From assembly GCF_009914755.1 (NCBI RefSeq), contig NC_060928.1: a DNA stretch of 64,000 nt; one strand, 5' to 3'. Below, in pieces: positions 41,926-55,569 of the stretch. The stretch comes from the human T2T-CHM13v2.0 reference genome, Homo sapiens. Position 1 is the stretch's first letter. The number at the start of each line of letters is the position of its first letter. The translations under genes and the position numbers were made by a program. The notes below the pieces were generated by a model. The model saw only the letters and a list, made by a program, of their open reading frames with translations. It did no database searches and had not been told where the DNA came from.

Positions 41926-44754
41926 CGAACAAGGTTTGGATCTGTGTCCCCTCCAAATCTCATGTCGAATTGTAATCTCCAGTATTGGAGGTGGGTCCTG
42001 GTGGGAGGTGATTGGATCACAGGGGTAGATTTCTCATAAATGGTTTAACACCATCCCCCTTGGTACTGTCCTCATGATAGTGAGTGAGTTCTCATGAGAT
42101 CTGGTCATTTCAAAGTGTGTCATGCCTCCCTTGTATTCTCTGTCTTGCTCCTGCGCCTGCCATGTGAGATGCCTTGCTCCCCCTTTGCCTTACACCATGG
42201 TTGAAAGCTTCCTGAGGCCTCCCCCAGAGCAGAAGCCGTTTTGTTTCCTGTACAACCTGCAGAACTGTGAGCCAATTACACCTCTTTTCTTATAAATTAC
42301 CCAGTCTCAGATATTTCTTTAAATTAATAGCAATGTGAGAACAAACTAATACAGAAAATTGGTACTGAGTAGTGGGGTACTCCTATAAAGAGACCTAACC
42401 ATGTGGAAGCAACTTTGGAACTGTGTAATAGGCAGAGGTGGTTGGAAGAGTTTAACGGGCTCAGAAGAAGATGAAGGGAAGTTTGGAACATCCTAGAGGC
42501 TCGTTGAATGGTTGTGACCAAAATGCTGATTGTGATATGGACAGTGAAGTCCAGGCTGCCAAAGTTTCAGATGGAAATGAGGGACTTATTAGGAAATGAA
42601 GCAAAGGTCACATGTATTATTCCTTAGCAAAGAAACTGGCTGAATTGTGTTCCTGCCCTGGGGATCTGTGGAAGTTTGAACTTGAGAGTGATGATTTAGG
42701 GTATCTGGCAGAAGAAATTTCTAAGCAGCAAAGTGTTCAAGATGTGGTCTGACTGCCTCCAGCAGCCTATACGTATATACCTGAGCAAAGAAATGGCCAA
42801 GTTGGAACTTATATTTAAAGGGAAAGGAGAGCATAAAAGTTTGAAAAATTTGCAGTCTGGCCATGTGGGTAAACAAAAACAAAAAAAAAACACATTTTCA
42901 GGTGAGGAATTCAAGCAGGCTACAGAAATGTACGTAAGTAAAAAGCCAAGGCTAATATCTAAAACAATGGAGGAAAGCCCTTAAAGGCATTTCAGAGGCC
43001 TTCATCACAACCTCTTCCATTACAGGCCTGGAGCCCTAGGAGAACTGAATGGTTTCATGGGCCAGGCCCAGGGCACTGCTCCCCTGTGTAGCCCCAGTAC
43101 ACTGCTACCTACATCTTAGCTGCTTCAGCTCCAGCTGTGGCTCAAAGGGGCTCAGGTACAACTTGGGCTGCTGCTTCAGAGTGTGCAAGCCCTAAACCTT
43201 GGTGACTTCCATGTGGTGTTAAGCCTATGGGTATACAGAGGGTAAGAGTTGAGGCTTGGGAGCCACCACCCAAATTTCAGAACACGTATGGAAAAGCCTG
43301 CGTTCCCAGGCAGAAGCCTGCAGCATGGGTGGAGCCCTCATGAAGAAACTCTACTAAGGTAGTGCAGAGGGGAAATGTGGAGTTAGAGACCCCACACAGA
43401 GTCCCCACTGTGGTACTGCTTAGCAGAGCTGTGAGAAGGGTACCACAATCCTCCAGACCCCAGGATGGTAGATCCACCAGCAGCTTGTACCCTGTGCCTG
43501 GAAAAGCCACAGGCACTCAATGTCAGCCCATGAGAGCAACCTCAAGGGGCAAAGCCTGCAAAGCCAAGGGGACAGAGCTTCCAAGGTCTTCAGAGCCTAC
43601 CCGTCACACCAGTGTGCCCTGGATGTGGGACATGAAGTTAAGGGAGATTATTTTGGAACTTTAAGATTAAATGATTGTCCTGTTGGGTTTTGGACTTGCA
43701 CAGGGCCTATAGCCCCTTTCTTTTGACCAATTTCTCCCTTTTGCAATGAGAGCATTTACCCAATGCCTATACCCCCATTGTATCTTGGAAATAACTATTT
43801 TTTTTTCTTTTTTTTTTTTACAGACTCATAGGCAAAAGGGACCAGCCTTGTCTTAGATGAGACTTTGGACTTTGGAGTTAATGCTGGAATGCATTAAGAC
43901 TTTGGAGGACTGTTGGAAAGGCATCACTGCATTTTGCAATATGAGAACATGAGATGTGGGGGAGCAAGGGGTGGAATAATTTGGCTTGAATCTGTGTCCC
44001 CACCAAATTTCATATTGAATTGTAATCCCTGATGTTGGAGAACCTGGTGGAAGGTGATTGAATTATAGCAGTGGATTTCTCATGAATGGTTCAGCATCAT
44101 CCCCCTTGGTACTGGCCTAACAAAAGTGACTACATTCTCATGAGATCTGGTCATTTAAAAGTCTGTGACACCTCCCCATTCTCTCGCTTGTCCCTGTGTC
44201 TCTTCCCCTTTGCCTTCTGCCATGATTAGAGGCTTCCTGAGGCCTCCCCTGAAGCTGAATCTACTATGCTTCCTGTACAGCCTTCAGAACTGGGAGTCAA
44301 TTACACCTCTATATTTTTTTAATAAATTATCCAGTCTCGGGTAATTTCAAGTTTCAAGACAAACTTCAGTTTATCTGTATTGCCTAAAAATTATATAATA
44401 TTGTATTCTTCATTTTTATTTATTTATTTTTTTGAGACAAAGTCTCAGTCAGTTGCGCAGGCTAGAGTCCAGTGGCCCAATCTCAGCTCACTGTGACCTC
44501 TGCCTCCAGGGTTCAAGCGATCTTCGTGCTTCAGCCTCCCGAGTAGCTAGGATTACAGGCACCTGCCACCATGCCCGGTTAATTTTTTTATTTTTAGTAG
44601 AGGTGGGGTTTTACCATGTTGGCCAGGCTGGTCTCAAACTCCTGAATTCAGGTAATCCACCTGCCTCAGCCTCCCAAAGTGCTGGGATTACAGGTATGAA
44701 CCACTGTGCCCAGCCAGGTATTTCTTTATAACAATGCAAGAACAGATTAATCCA
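41926..44754 (+). mobile_element. Full-structure MSTA MaLR provirus (LTR ~41926-42353, internal 42354-43976, LTR 43977-44754)
   Basis: two similar LTRs (ggtttggatctgtgtcccc...actaataca); internal region starts gaaaattggtac and ends at the PPT ggggtggaa. Confidence 0.88.
44413..44715 (-). mobile_element. AluSx-like inside the 3' MSTA LTR
   Basis: gggttcaagcga...catgttggccaggctggtctcaaactcctga...caggt. Confidence 0.9.
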
Positions 44755-45109
44755 GCCTTCACAACCCCACTTATCTTAACCCAAGCATTACTTTCTACTG
44801 ACTTAAGTCTTTAGATAAAACTTAACTCTCTCAATCAATTGCCAATCAGAAAGTCCTTGAATCCAACTATGGAATGTAAGCCTCACTTTGAAATGTCCTG
44901 CCTTTTTTTGGTCAAACCAATGTATACCTTCCATACGTTGATTCATCTCATTTCCTGTAACTCCTGTCCCCCTAAAATATATAAAACCAAACTGTAAGCT
45001 AATTGCCTTGGCTACACTTTCTCAAGACCTCTTAAGACTGTTCCCTAGGCTATGATCACCCATATTGGTTCAGAATAAAATATTTTAAAGTTTGGTTTTT
45101 CTATTAATA

Positions 45110-46030
45110 GCAAGGAGAAGGGTAGATTAGACATCCTGAAACTCTTCTAGACTCTAATTCCTCTGAAAGGCCTCATATCCGGGGTAAAGAAATTCACCAA
45201 GAGAAACTCTAAAATCACATCACAAATGAGAGAAGGGAATTCTGGACTAATGTTGTGCACTCCAGTCTTTCTGTTACACTTAAGTGAATGGGGGGAGAAT
45301 GTGAAGAAAGACACAGTCTGGATGACAGAACTTCAAGAAAATAAGTTAAAAACACTATAGCTAAGGGAGGAAAGAGAGACAGGGGAGTATATACTATACC
45401 CCAGGATGAGGCATAGGAAATTCTTGTGAAGGCTACAGCCTTGATAAACAGGCCTCATGAAGTATTGAAACTTATTCAGAAGATTATTGAATGTCCCCCT
45501 CCCCCACATCCTAGGGCCAGATCAACAAGCTTCCAACAAGTATAGCAACAGTGGATTACAGCTGAAAGACTTGCAAGACACAGACTATTTCTGAAAAGCA
45601 GAACAAAGGGGAGTAAAAAAGGCAAGGAGAGAGACAAAAACAAGAACACTAGAGGAATTTTAAGCTTCTGGCACCTATTGTTTTAGCAAACATTAAAAAC
45701 AGACCAATTCCCACCCCAGATTACCTAAATCCTTACACTAATGGTTTATTTACCTCACTCCCTATTACCCAGTTCAATATTTCCAGCTTTCAACAACAAC
45801 ATAAAAGAACAAGGAATTATAAAAGTAAGAAAAAAAAGTCTGAAGAGACAAAGCAAGCGTCAGAACAAAACTCAGATACGACACAGATGTAGTATTTACC
45901 AAACAGGTATTCAAAATAACTATAATTAATATGTTAATGGCTCTAATGGGAAAAGTAGACAAAATGCAACAGATTGGTTATGTAAGGAGAGAGATGAAAA
46001 CAAGAAAGAATCAAAAAGAAATGAAAGGAT
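45110..46030 (+). mobile_element. Old L1M 5' UTR/ORF1-start fragment
   Basis: tctgaagagacaaagcaagcgtcagaac...ataactataattaatatgttaatggctctaatgggaaaagtagacaa. Confidence 0.6.
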
Positions 46031-47794
46031 GGGATTACATTCATATAATTCAATAATATGCAGAAATTAAAAGAAATAAGAATGAGATATAATGATAAAA
46101 AAACTGAGATATACTGTTAAGTGGAAAAACCAAATTTTACAATAATTTATATCACCATTTATTTTAAAAATATAACCCTTTCAAATGTTAATATTAATAA
46201 AATAAATAAATAAAAATACTTTAAAAATGCCTAGAAAGACATAAAACAAAATAATAATTATTTCCTCTGTAAAGAGGACAAACAACTAGTATGCAGAGTG
46301 AAAAACTGCAAGAGGATGTGTCAAAAGAAACTTCAGTTTATCTGTATTGTCTAAAAATTATATAATATTCTATTTATATTTTACTGGGAAAATTGACAAA
46401 AAGGAATTCAATAAGTGCAATACTATGCTTGTGCATTTGTGTGTGTGTACATGTACTCTCATGCCTGTGCAGACATTTCTACACATTAAAGACCTGAACT
46501 AATATATACCAACATGTTAATTGTTGTGGAGTTGCAGCTGGTTATTTTCTTCATTTAAAAAAAAAGTGAACACTGATTGCTTTTAAAATTGTTGAAATAT
46601 AAATCTAAAATTATAAATTAAATATTTTTGTGGTTATTTTTCTGCCTTAATTAGATTAATTTATATTATTACTTTGCAGACTTTGGTAGGCCTTAAGGAG
46701 ATGTTGTTATTTATAGTATGCTTTAAAAAGAGTTCCTTTAGTCTTTTTTCTCTTACCTATGAAGGGAGAGATATTCAGCTATAGAATTACTTGGATAAAA
46801 TGAGCACTGTCTACTCCACATGAAATTATAGGCAATGTAGTAAAATAGGTCAAACTGTAAAGAAGAATCTGTAGAAATGGCTTGATGATATACCTCTGTT
46901 TGGAATTCCTATTAGATTAGATATACTAAGTGCATTTTAAAATGAGATTTTAATCCCTGCTATCTTTTACATCTCTAAAATGTTTTCTTCTTAAAGGGAA
47001 TTGAACTATTTGTTATCTAATTATGCCAGATGGTGTCTAAATTAGCTATTGGGATTAAAAGAGTTGTTGATTTATTCATCTATACCCAGGATGCACATGT
47101 TATCTGAAATGAGAAAGCTTAATACCAGTCATTCAAAAACAAACAAACAAACAAAAATTAAGATTTTCTATTTGTTCAGTAGAAGAAGAAAGCAGAGGTG
47201 ACCGCACACCACATATTCTCTCTTTTTTCATTCCAAATTGGGTATAATTCTAGAGGCCAGAACACCTCTTTGGTAAAGATATGGCTAAGTTAATATCTTT
47301 TTCTGTTCATTAGTACACAGTTCTGATTAAAGCAAGGCATACTTAGAAATTAAAATTTTAATGGTAAAGCATTGTTACCAATTCATCTCAAATGATATTC
47401 ATGTAACAAATAAAACACTATATTCTAAACTTAGTAGGTAGTATATCTTTTTCCTTTCCATAGATAAAGTAAAAGTAACACATCAACAGTCTTTTAACAA
47501 ATTATGCCTGCATACAATGACACCTGTTCCTCTTTTTCTCACTTCTGAAGATGAAATCATCACAAATAAAATTTTAAAATAAATCATATGCTTTGGTGAA
47601 TATGAATTGGTATATATAAAATGTAAAAGCCATTACTAATGAAAGTAAATATCGATAAATTTTATTATACAAAAATAAAGGTAATGTAAATTTACCATAC
47701 ACAAATTAAATAATTATATGTAACCCCCATACCAAAAATATTTCAAACTGGAAAAAGTTTCAACATATCATAGGCAAATAGCAAATATTCTTTA

Positions 47795-49255
47795 TAAAGA
47801 ACAAAGCCAGAGGCATCACATTACCCAACTTCAAATTATATTATAAGGCCATAGTAATCAAAACAGCATAGTAACTGATACAAAAACAGACACAAAGACT
47901 AATGGAACAGAAAAGAGATCCCAGAAATAAAGCTGCACATCTACAATCCTCTGATCTTCAGTAAAGTTGACAAAAATAAGCGATAGAGAAAGGACTGTCT
48001 ATTCAATAAATGATACTGGAATAGCTGGCTAGCCACACACAGAAGATTGAAACTGGACACTTAGCTTTCACCATATACAAAAATTAACTAAAGATGGATT
48101 AAAGATTTAAGTGTAAGACCTCAAACTATAAAAATCCCTGAAGAAAGCCTAGGACACATTCTTCTCAACATCAGCCTTAGGAAAGAATTTATGTCTAAGT
48201 CCCCAGAAGTGATTGCAACAAAAACAAAAATTGACAAGTGGTATCTAAGTAAACTAAAAAGCTTCTGCACAGCAAAGGAAACGTTCAACAGAACAAACAG
48301 ACAACCGCCAGAATGGGAGAACATATTCACAAACTATGCATCCAACAAAAGACTAATATTCAGTATCTATAGAGAACTTAAACAAATCAACAAGCAAAGA
48401 ACAACCCCGTTAAAAAATGGGCAAAGGACATGAATAAGCACTTCTCAAAAAAAGACATACAAGCAGCCAACAAACATAGGAAAAAAATGTTCATAATCAC
48501 CAATCATCAGAGAAATGAAAATCAAAACCACAATGGAACATCATCTCACACCAGTCAGAATGGCTATTATCAAAAAGTCAAAAAAACAATAGATGCTGGT
48601 AAGCCTACAGAGAAAAGGAAATGCTTAAATGCTCATACACTGTTGGTGAAAATGCAAATTAGTTTAGCCACTGTGGAAAGCTGTTTACAGAATTCTGAAA
48701 GAACTAAAAACAGAACTACCACCCAGCCCAGCAATCCCATTATTGGATATAGAGCCAAGGGTGAATAAGTTGTTCTACCAAGAAGACAGATGCACTCCTA
48801 TGTTCATTGTGGAACTATTCACAACAGCAAAACCATGGAATTAACCCAAGTGCTTATCAGTGGTGGATTTTATAAGGAATATGTGGTACATATACACCAC
48901 AGAATACTACGAAGCCATAAAAAAGAAGGAAAACATGTCCTTTGCAGCAACATGGATGCAGCTGGAGGCCATTATCCTAAGCAAATTAATGCAGGAACGG
49001 AAAAACCAAATACTGCATATTCTCACTTATAAGTAGGAGCTAAGCACTGAGTACACATAAACATAAAGATGGTAACGATCGAGACTAAAGACAACTAGAA
49101 ACTGGGGGGCAACACAGGCTGAAAAACTACCTATTTGCTACTACACTTACTATTGGATGGTATCATCTATACCCTAAACCTCAGGACTACACAATATACC
49201 TGACTAACAAACATACACATGCAAAATAAAATAAAAGTTGAAATTACTTTTTAAA
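47795..49255 (+). mobile_element. L1PB-like 3' ~1.45 kb, inserted in an older L1ME fragment
   Basis: ORF2 C-terminal remnants (ORF 48191 KTKIDKW...KSFCTAKET); 3' end ...ataaaagttgaaatta. Confidence 0.88.
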
Positions 49256-49965
49256 AAAATAACCAAAATTGATTAAGAAAAATGCAAAATAATGGAAGAA
49301 AGAAATGAAGGAAAGAAGGGTAAAACGGAGCTGGGGGGGTCGGGAAGAAAACAGCAAAATATTTGAAGATCAATTATTGGTAGAGGAAACTTATACACTT
49401 ATTTAAATGCTGAAAAAGATGTTCAACTTTCTTCATCATTAGAGAAGGGAAAATTAAAACTCGGAAGATAGATTTAACCCATTGCATAGCAGCAATAAGG
49501 TAGTTGATACTTGTTTGCTAAGGTGAGGAGAAACAGGAATTCTTATGTATCGCTTGTGGAACTGAACATTGTTATAAATTCTGACAGCTAATTTTCCAGT
49601 ATCTCTTAGAATCAGTTATGCATACATACTCGATCCAGCATTTTCCTTTCTACATCTTCACAGTACAAGACAATATCACCAAAGACTGTTTGTGGCAGTA
49701 TTTTGTGTGACAGAAAAGCAATAAAAACCTCATAAATGTTCATCAGTAAGTACAACAAACACCTCAGGTTCTGAGCACCAGAGTGTACAGAACCACCTAA
49801 TACCTGAGCTATAAATTATGGCCCATTAAAAAGAAAAAGAAAAAGAATTCTAAGCAGCTATATTAAAAAAAAAAAGCAGTTGAAGGTCACAACTCCAAGG
49901 CATACTCTTGAGGAAAATGAAAATGTCTTCTGTTTTTTTCCTGCTTTTATCAAAGTAATTAAACT

Positions 49966-50260
<295 letters not shown>

Positions 50261-50668
50261 TTATTAAACTTATGTTTATTTGACTTCTTCATCTTTTTAT
50301 TTCCCTGTTCTGCATAAGACAAGAAACTCTCAAGTTAATTTTTTGGAATAAAGCCATTGGTGAATGTTATAAAAACTAATCAGATGGATCGTAGTCTGAA
50401 AAGACTTAGAATCACTTGCTCTTCCAGGTGCCCAGACTTCTCCTGCACAGATCTAGGTAGACACAGAGGACAGAAGCAGACAATCTGGCAGTCACTTTCT
50501 GCTGGGTGTTGAAGAAAGGAGTTTTAAAGAAAATTATGTAGAGTAACCCATGAACATCATGACATATATAAGGAAATGAATGAGAATAAAATAACTGTAA
50601 CTTAAAAATGTTTGCTCACTATCTTCTTTGGTATGTTGCGAACTTAGTGGAATAAGGAGCTACATTTG

Positions 50669-51104
50669 CCATATATTACATTTTATTTCTGTAGATATTT
50701 TTGAAAATATGGCAAAATACTAAGATTCTTAAAAATATGAATGGGGATTTTATTGGTGCTTTTTACATGTTGGATACTTTTCTGTTTATTTAACATGTTT
50801 AAATAATTAAATGTTATTTTCCAAAGTTTCATTCTTATTAGCTTCTTGATGTTCTGCTAGTTTCAGTTTGCAAGTATGACAAGGAAATACAGAAAACAAA
50901 TTGGTTCATTGTTTTCTAGAAGGAATATAAATACTACGCATTTAATACACATATTTGTATAATCATTTACTATATTCTAGGAGCAGTCCTATTTGCTGGT
51001 GATGGGAAGATACTTAGCCAGTTTGTCTTAAAGGGTCTCATAGTTGATGGGGCAAGGTAGTAAACCAACAGTAAGGTGGGTGTATTATTGGAGCAAAAAT
51101 ATAG
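50669..51104 (+). repeat. Inverted duplication, arm A
   Basis: reverse complement of 55155-55556 along its length, with a ~30-bp indel. Confidence 0.9.
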
Positions 51105-51549
51105 CCCCTTACTTCAATCATTTAATTAATATAACCAGCATAAATTAATTTTGTAAAAAATACTATACATCTTTAGGAAAAATTACAAGAAAAGACAGAT
51201 TGTGTTAGGTGAGGCTATGTGTCTTTGAAGAAGAGATTTTAAATAAGTATTGATTCAATTTAATATTCTCTCACAAAGGGTTTTAGAAATAAAAACAGTA
51301 ATCATAAGTAGATCTTTTTTGATTGTTTATCTGTTTTTAAATGACACAGCTGATACAACCTGAACCATTTCATAATCACTATGTATGAATAACTTCTAGA
51401 GCATGTTATTATGCAATAGGCTATTTTACAAAGAAAAGTCAGACCTTTTGCAGAACTTCAAGGCTTCTTCTTCTGTGTCTAATTTAAATTATATCAAATT
51501 ATATCATCCTGGCCATGATAATTGCCATTGTCTTATTTTAGGCACTAAT

Positions 51550-51700
51550 AACTTCTCCCCTTGTTTACTCCAACTGCCTCTTTTCTGATCCATCTAATTT
51601 TGTTCCTGTTCCCAGCCAGTTTATTCTCCATATTGCTATCAAAGAAATAATTCTAAAATGCAAATTATATTATGTTCCCTCCTTAAATCCATTCCTCTGT
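51550..51700 (+). mobile_element. L2 fragment
   Basis: ttattctccatattgctatcaaagaaataattctaaaatgcaaattatattatgtt. Confidence 0.55.
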
Positions 51701-52421
51701 ACTCCAGGAATATCCTGTGAAGCTCATGATTTACTCCTAAGCAAAATAGTGCACTATGACATGGACAAAAATTAAGAGTAATTTTTTTAATGGACTAAAG
51801 GAACAGTGTGATTAGATCTTTCCAATGTCAAATATAATAACTGAGTCATTCTGGGAAATTTCCCCTTTGATCTGGGTGTACTTATTTCCTAGTATGAACT
51901 ATCCAAGACAACAATCATAAGTATTCAAGTACGTTTCTAATAATACTTGTAGAATGAGGTTATAAGAAGTTATTACATGTAAAGAAGAAAGGGAGAAAGA
52001 GAGAAAGAGGGGAAGAAGGAAAGCAAAAGAGAAAGAAAATAAGGTAAAATAGTAGGAAAGGAAAAGCCTTTCATTTTATTCCATTTGCCTATTTAAATGT
52101 AGAAAATGTCAGGTGATATTTAAGGAGATGATAATAGTATATTAATTACTAATTGATGTTTTGTGTGTATGAAGAAGGGTCTAAACAGAAAATGTCTATG
52201 TATTCATTAACTTCCAAATTATGTAATTTAAAATCTCTTTGTCAGCTTACAAACAGCCAAAAGAAAAATACTCAGCTATCTTAGAGGAACTTCTGTAATG
52301 GCCAACTATTGAAATAGTGGGTCTTGCAAAGAAAATAAGTTTTTTTTTCATGAAAGAAGACATAAATAAATATTCATTATCTATCAAGGACCTTTGAAAT
52401 GCTAAGTAAGAAGCCTATTAT

Positions 52422-53951
52422 ATGACTTTCTTCACAGAATTGGGAAAAACTACTTTAAAGTTCATATGGAACCATAAAAGAGCCCACATTGCCAGGACAA
52501 TCATAAGCCAAAAGAACAAAGCTGGGGACATCATGCTACCTGACTGCAAACTATACTACAAGGCTAGAGTAACCAAAACAGCATGGTACTGGTACCAAAA
52601 CAGAGATATAGACCAAAGGAACAGAACAGAGCCCTCAGAAATAATACTACACATCTACAACCATCTGATCTTTGACAAACCTGAGAATAACAAGAAATGG
52701 GGAAACGATTCCCTATTTAATAAATGGTGCTGGGAAAACTGGCTAGCCATATGTAGAAAGCTGAAACTGGATCCCTTCCTTACACCTTATACAAAAATTA
52801 ATTTAAGATGGATTAAAGACTTAAATGTTAGACCTAAAACCATAAAAACCCTAGAAGAAAACCTAGGCAATACCATTTAGGACATAGGCATGGACAAGGA
52901 CTTCATATCTAAAACACCAAAAGCAATGGTGACAAAAGCCAAAAATTGACAAATGGGATCTAATTAAACAAAAGAGCTTCTGCACAGTAAAAGAAACTAC
53001 CATCAGAATGAACAGGCAACCTACAGAATGGGAGAAAATTTTTGCAATCTACTCATCTGACAAAGGGCTGATATCCAGAATCTACAAAGAACTCAAACAA
53101 ATTTGCAAGAAAAAAACAAACAACCCCATCAAAAAGTGGGCAAAGAATATGAACAGACACTTCTCAAAAGAAGACGTTTATGCAGCCAACAGACACGTGA
53201 AAAAATGCTCATCATCACTGGCCATCAGAGAAATGCAAATCAAAACCACAATGAGATACCGTCTCATACCAGTTAGAATGGCGAACATTAAAAACTCAGG
53301 AAACAACAGGTGCTAGAGAAGATGTGGAGAAATAGGAACGCTTTTACACTGTTGGTGGGACTGTAAACTGGTTCAACCATGGTGGAAGACAGTGTGCAGC
53401 GATTCCTCAAAGATCTAGAACTAGAAATATCATTTGACCCAGCCATCCCGTTACTGGGTATATACCCAAAGGATTATAGATCATGCTGCTATAAAGACAC
53501 ATGCACACGTATGTTTATTGCGGCACTATTCACAATAGCAAAGACTTGGAACCAACCCAAATGTACATTAATGATAGACCGGATTAAGAAAATGTGGCAC
53601 ATATACACCATGGAATACTATGCAGCCATAAAAAAATGATGAGTTCATGTCCTTTGTAGGGACATGGATGAAGCTGGAAACCATCATTCTCAGCAACCTA
53701 TCGCAAGGACAGAAAACCAAACACTGCATGTTCTCACTCATAGGTGGAAATTGAACAATGAGAACACTTGGACACAGGAAGGGGAACATCACACACCGGG
53801 GCTGTCATGGGGTAGGAGGAGGGGGGAGGGATAGCATTAGGAGAATGATGAGTTAATGGGTGCAGCACACCAACATGGCACATGTATACATATGTAACAA
53901 ACCTGCACGCTGTGCACATGTACCCTAAAACTTAAAGTGTAATAAAAAAAG
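52422..53951 (+). mobile_element. L1PA4-like 3' ~1.5 kb (disrupted ORF2 C-terminus and 3' UTR)
   Basis: ORFs 52422-52880, 53008-53316 and 53379-53639 are L1 ORF2p pieces ([15 protein letters not shown]...; [17 protein letters not shown]) broken by stops and frameshifts. Confidence 0.95.
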
Positions 53952-54559
53952 AAATACTATTGCTATTATCATTATTATTGTTATTCCCATTTTACAACTA
54001 AAAAGGAGAGATTAAATAGAAGGCATTTAAACTCAGAGAGATTAAATGGCGAGCATAACTTACAGTGAATGACAGATACAGGTCAGATGTTGCCGTCCTT
54101 CATAGAAAAGACTCATGGCCATTGAATGCAACATCAGCAGCATAGGAAGGCCTTCGTGGAGGACCCTTAGTTTGCATGTAGTCAGCCTCGGAACAGACCC
54201 TGCAATAGTAACTTTAATTTTATTCATTGTAACTTTCAATTCTATTTCTAACTAGGTAAGTCTTATTATGAAAGAGATGGTTCAGGCAACCCAGGAACTA
54301 CCTGGCCAAGATAACTTAATATCACTTCAAATCCAGGAACAGGGAGAAAATAAGACATTCATAATCTAAAACTAAGTTACAACTTAGCCAAATATGCAAA
54401 TATGTTTCTTGGCCATATTGTTCTGCTATGCATACTTAAGGAATCTTTTGAATTCCCATTATTATATGTTGAAATGATAACACTTGAAACTGTTAAAAAT
54501 AACACCTTGAATAGATTTATGAATAGTCTATTTAGAAAATTAATTTATTCTTGTTATAT

Positions 54560-55110
54560 TAATTAAGTAATTGGAAACAACTTGGGTTCTTACTACATAT
54601 CAGGTATTGCTTATGCAGTGATGTCCAGGACAAATAGAGCCCCTTATTCCCTCAAGCTCACAACATATCAAGTAAGGTAGATAGTGAGCAAACTTATTTT
54701 TAAGTTATAGTTATATTAAGTACTAAAAAGAGAAATATGTAGATTACGAATGGGGATAAATTAGGGATTTAAGATAGCCAGAATACTAAAGTGTGTTTTC
54801 TCTAGAAAAAAATACACTTTCAACATAGACCGTAAGCATGGGTAGAAGCTGGCTTGTCAATAAATATGAAAAAGTCTTTCCAGGCAGCATGAATAGCATG
54901 TACTAAGGCTACAAACTGGGAAGCATTTTGGTATCTCTTGATACATCTGGGAAAAAATAAATAAATGAATAATCATGCCAATGGATAATAGAGGCTTTTA
55001 GGAGAATTGTGTGGAAAGGGTGGATATGCCTAGAAACGTGGGAACTGAGCTTATGTTGAGTCTTAGCCAACTAAGGATTTAAAAATTTATGTTAAGTCTA
55101 AGTAGTGATG
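54560..55110 (-). mobile_element. L2 3' fragment
   Basis: ttcttactacatatcaggtattg...cttattccctcaagctcacaa...ttccaggcagcatgaatagcatgtactaagg. Confidence 0.6.
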
Positions 55111-55154
55111 AAACACTTTCATAAATTATTTTGATTAATGGATATGCAGTTACC

Positions 55155-55556
55155 CTTTATTTGTGTTCCAAAAATACATCCAACTTACTGTTGGTTTACT
55201 ACCTTGCCCCATCAATTATGAGATCATTTAAGACAAATTGGCTAGATACTTTCCCATCACCAGCAAATAGGACTCATCCTAGAATAAAGTAAATGATTAT
55301 ACAAAAATATGTATTAAATGAATAGTATTTATATTCCCTCTAGAAAACAAAGAACCATTTTGTTTTCTTAATTTTCTTGTCATATTTGTATAAGGATGAA
55401 ACTTTGGAAAATAACATTTAACCATGTAAATATGTTAAATAAACAGAACAATATTCAACATGTAAAAAGCAGCAGTACAATCTCCATCCACATTTTTAAG
55501 AATCTTAGTATTTCGACACATTTTTTAAGAATATGGACAGAAAATGTAACATATGG
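55155..55556 (-). repeat. Inverted duplication, arm B
   Basis: reverse complement of 50669-51104. Confidence 0.9.
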
Positions 55557-55569
55557 TGCCTTAGTTTAT

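Larger units (their letters stand above)
41398..45109 (+). mobile_element. MER4D/E-like LTR, split by an MSTA element (41398-~41925 and 44755-45109)
   Basis: TGTAAACAAAAATAAAATCCTCAGTCCCCC...ctcttggccaag; resumes ccttcacaaccccacttatcttaacccaagc...ggttcagaataaaa. Confidence 0.8.

Noticed and set aside
43277-43726. ORFs within the MSTA internal region
   Set aside because: Short fragments of a decayed MaLR internal sequence
52422-53639. ORFs of 152, 102 and 86 aa with real protein-like sequence
   Set aside because: Broken L1 ORF2p C-terminal pieces of a 5'-truncated element, not a host gene or an active L1
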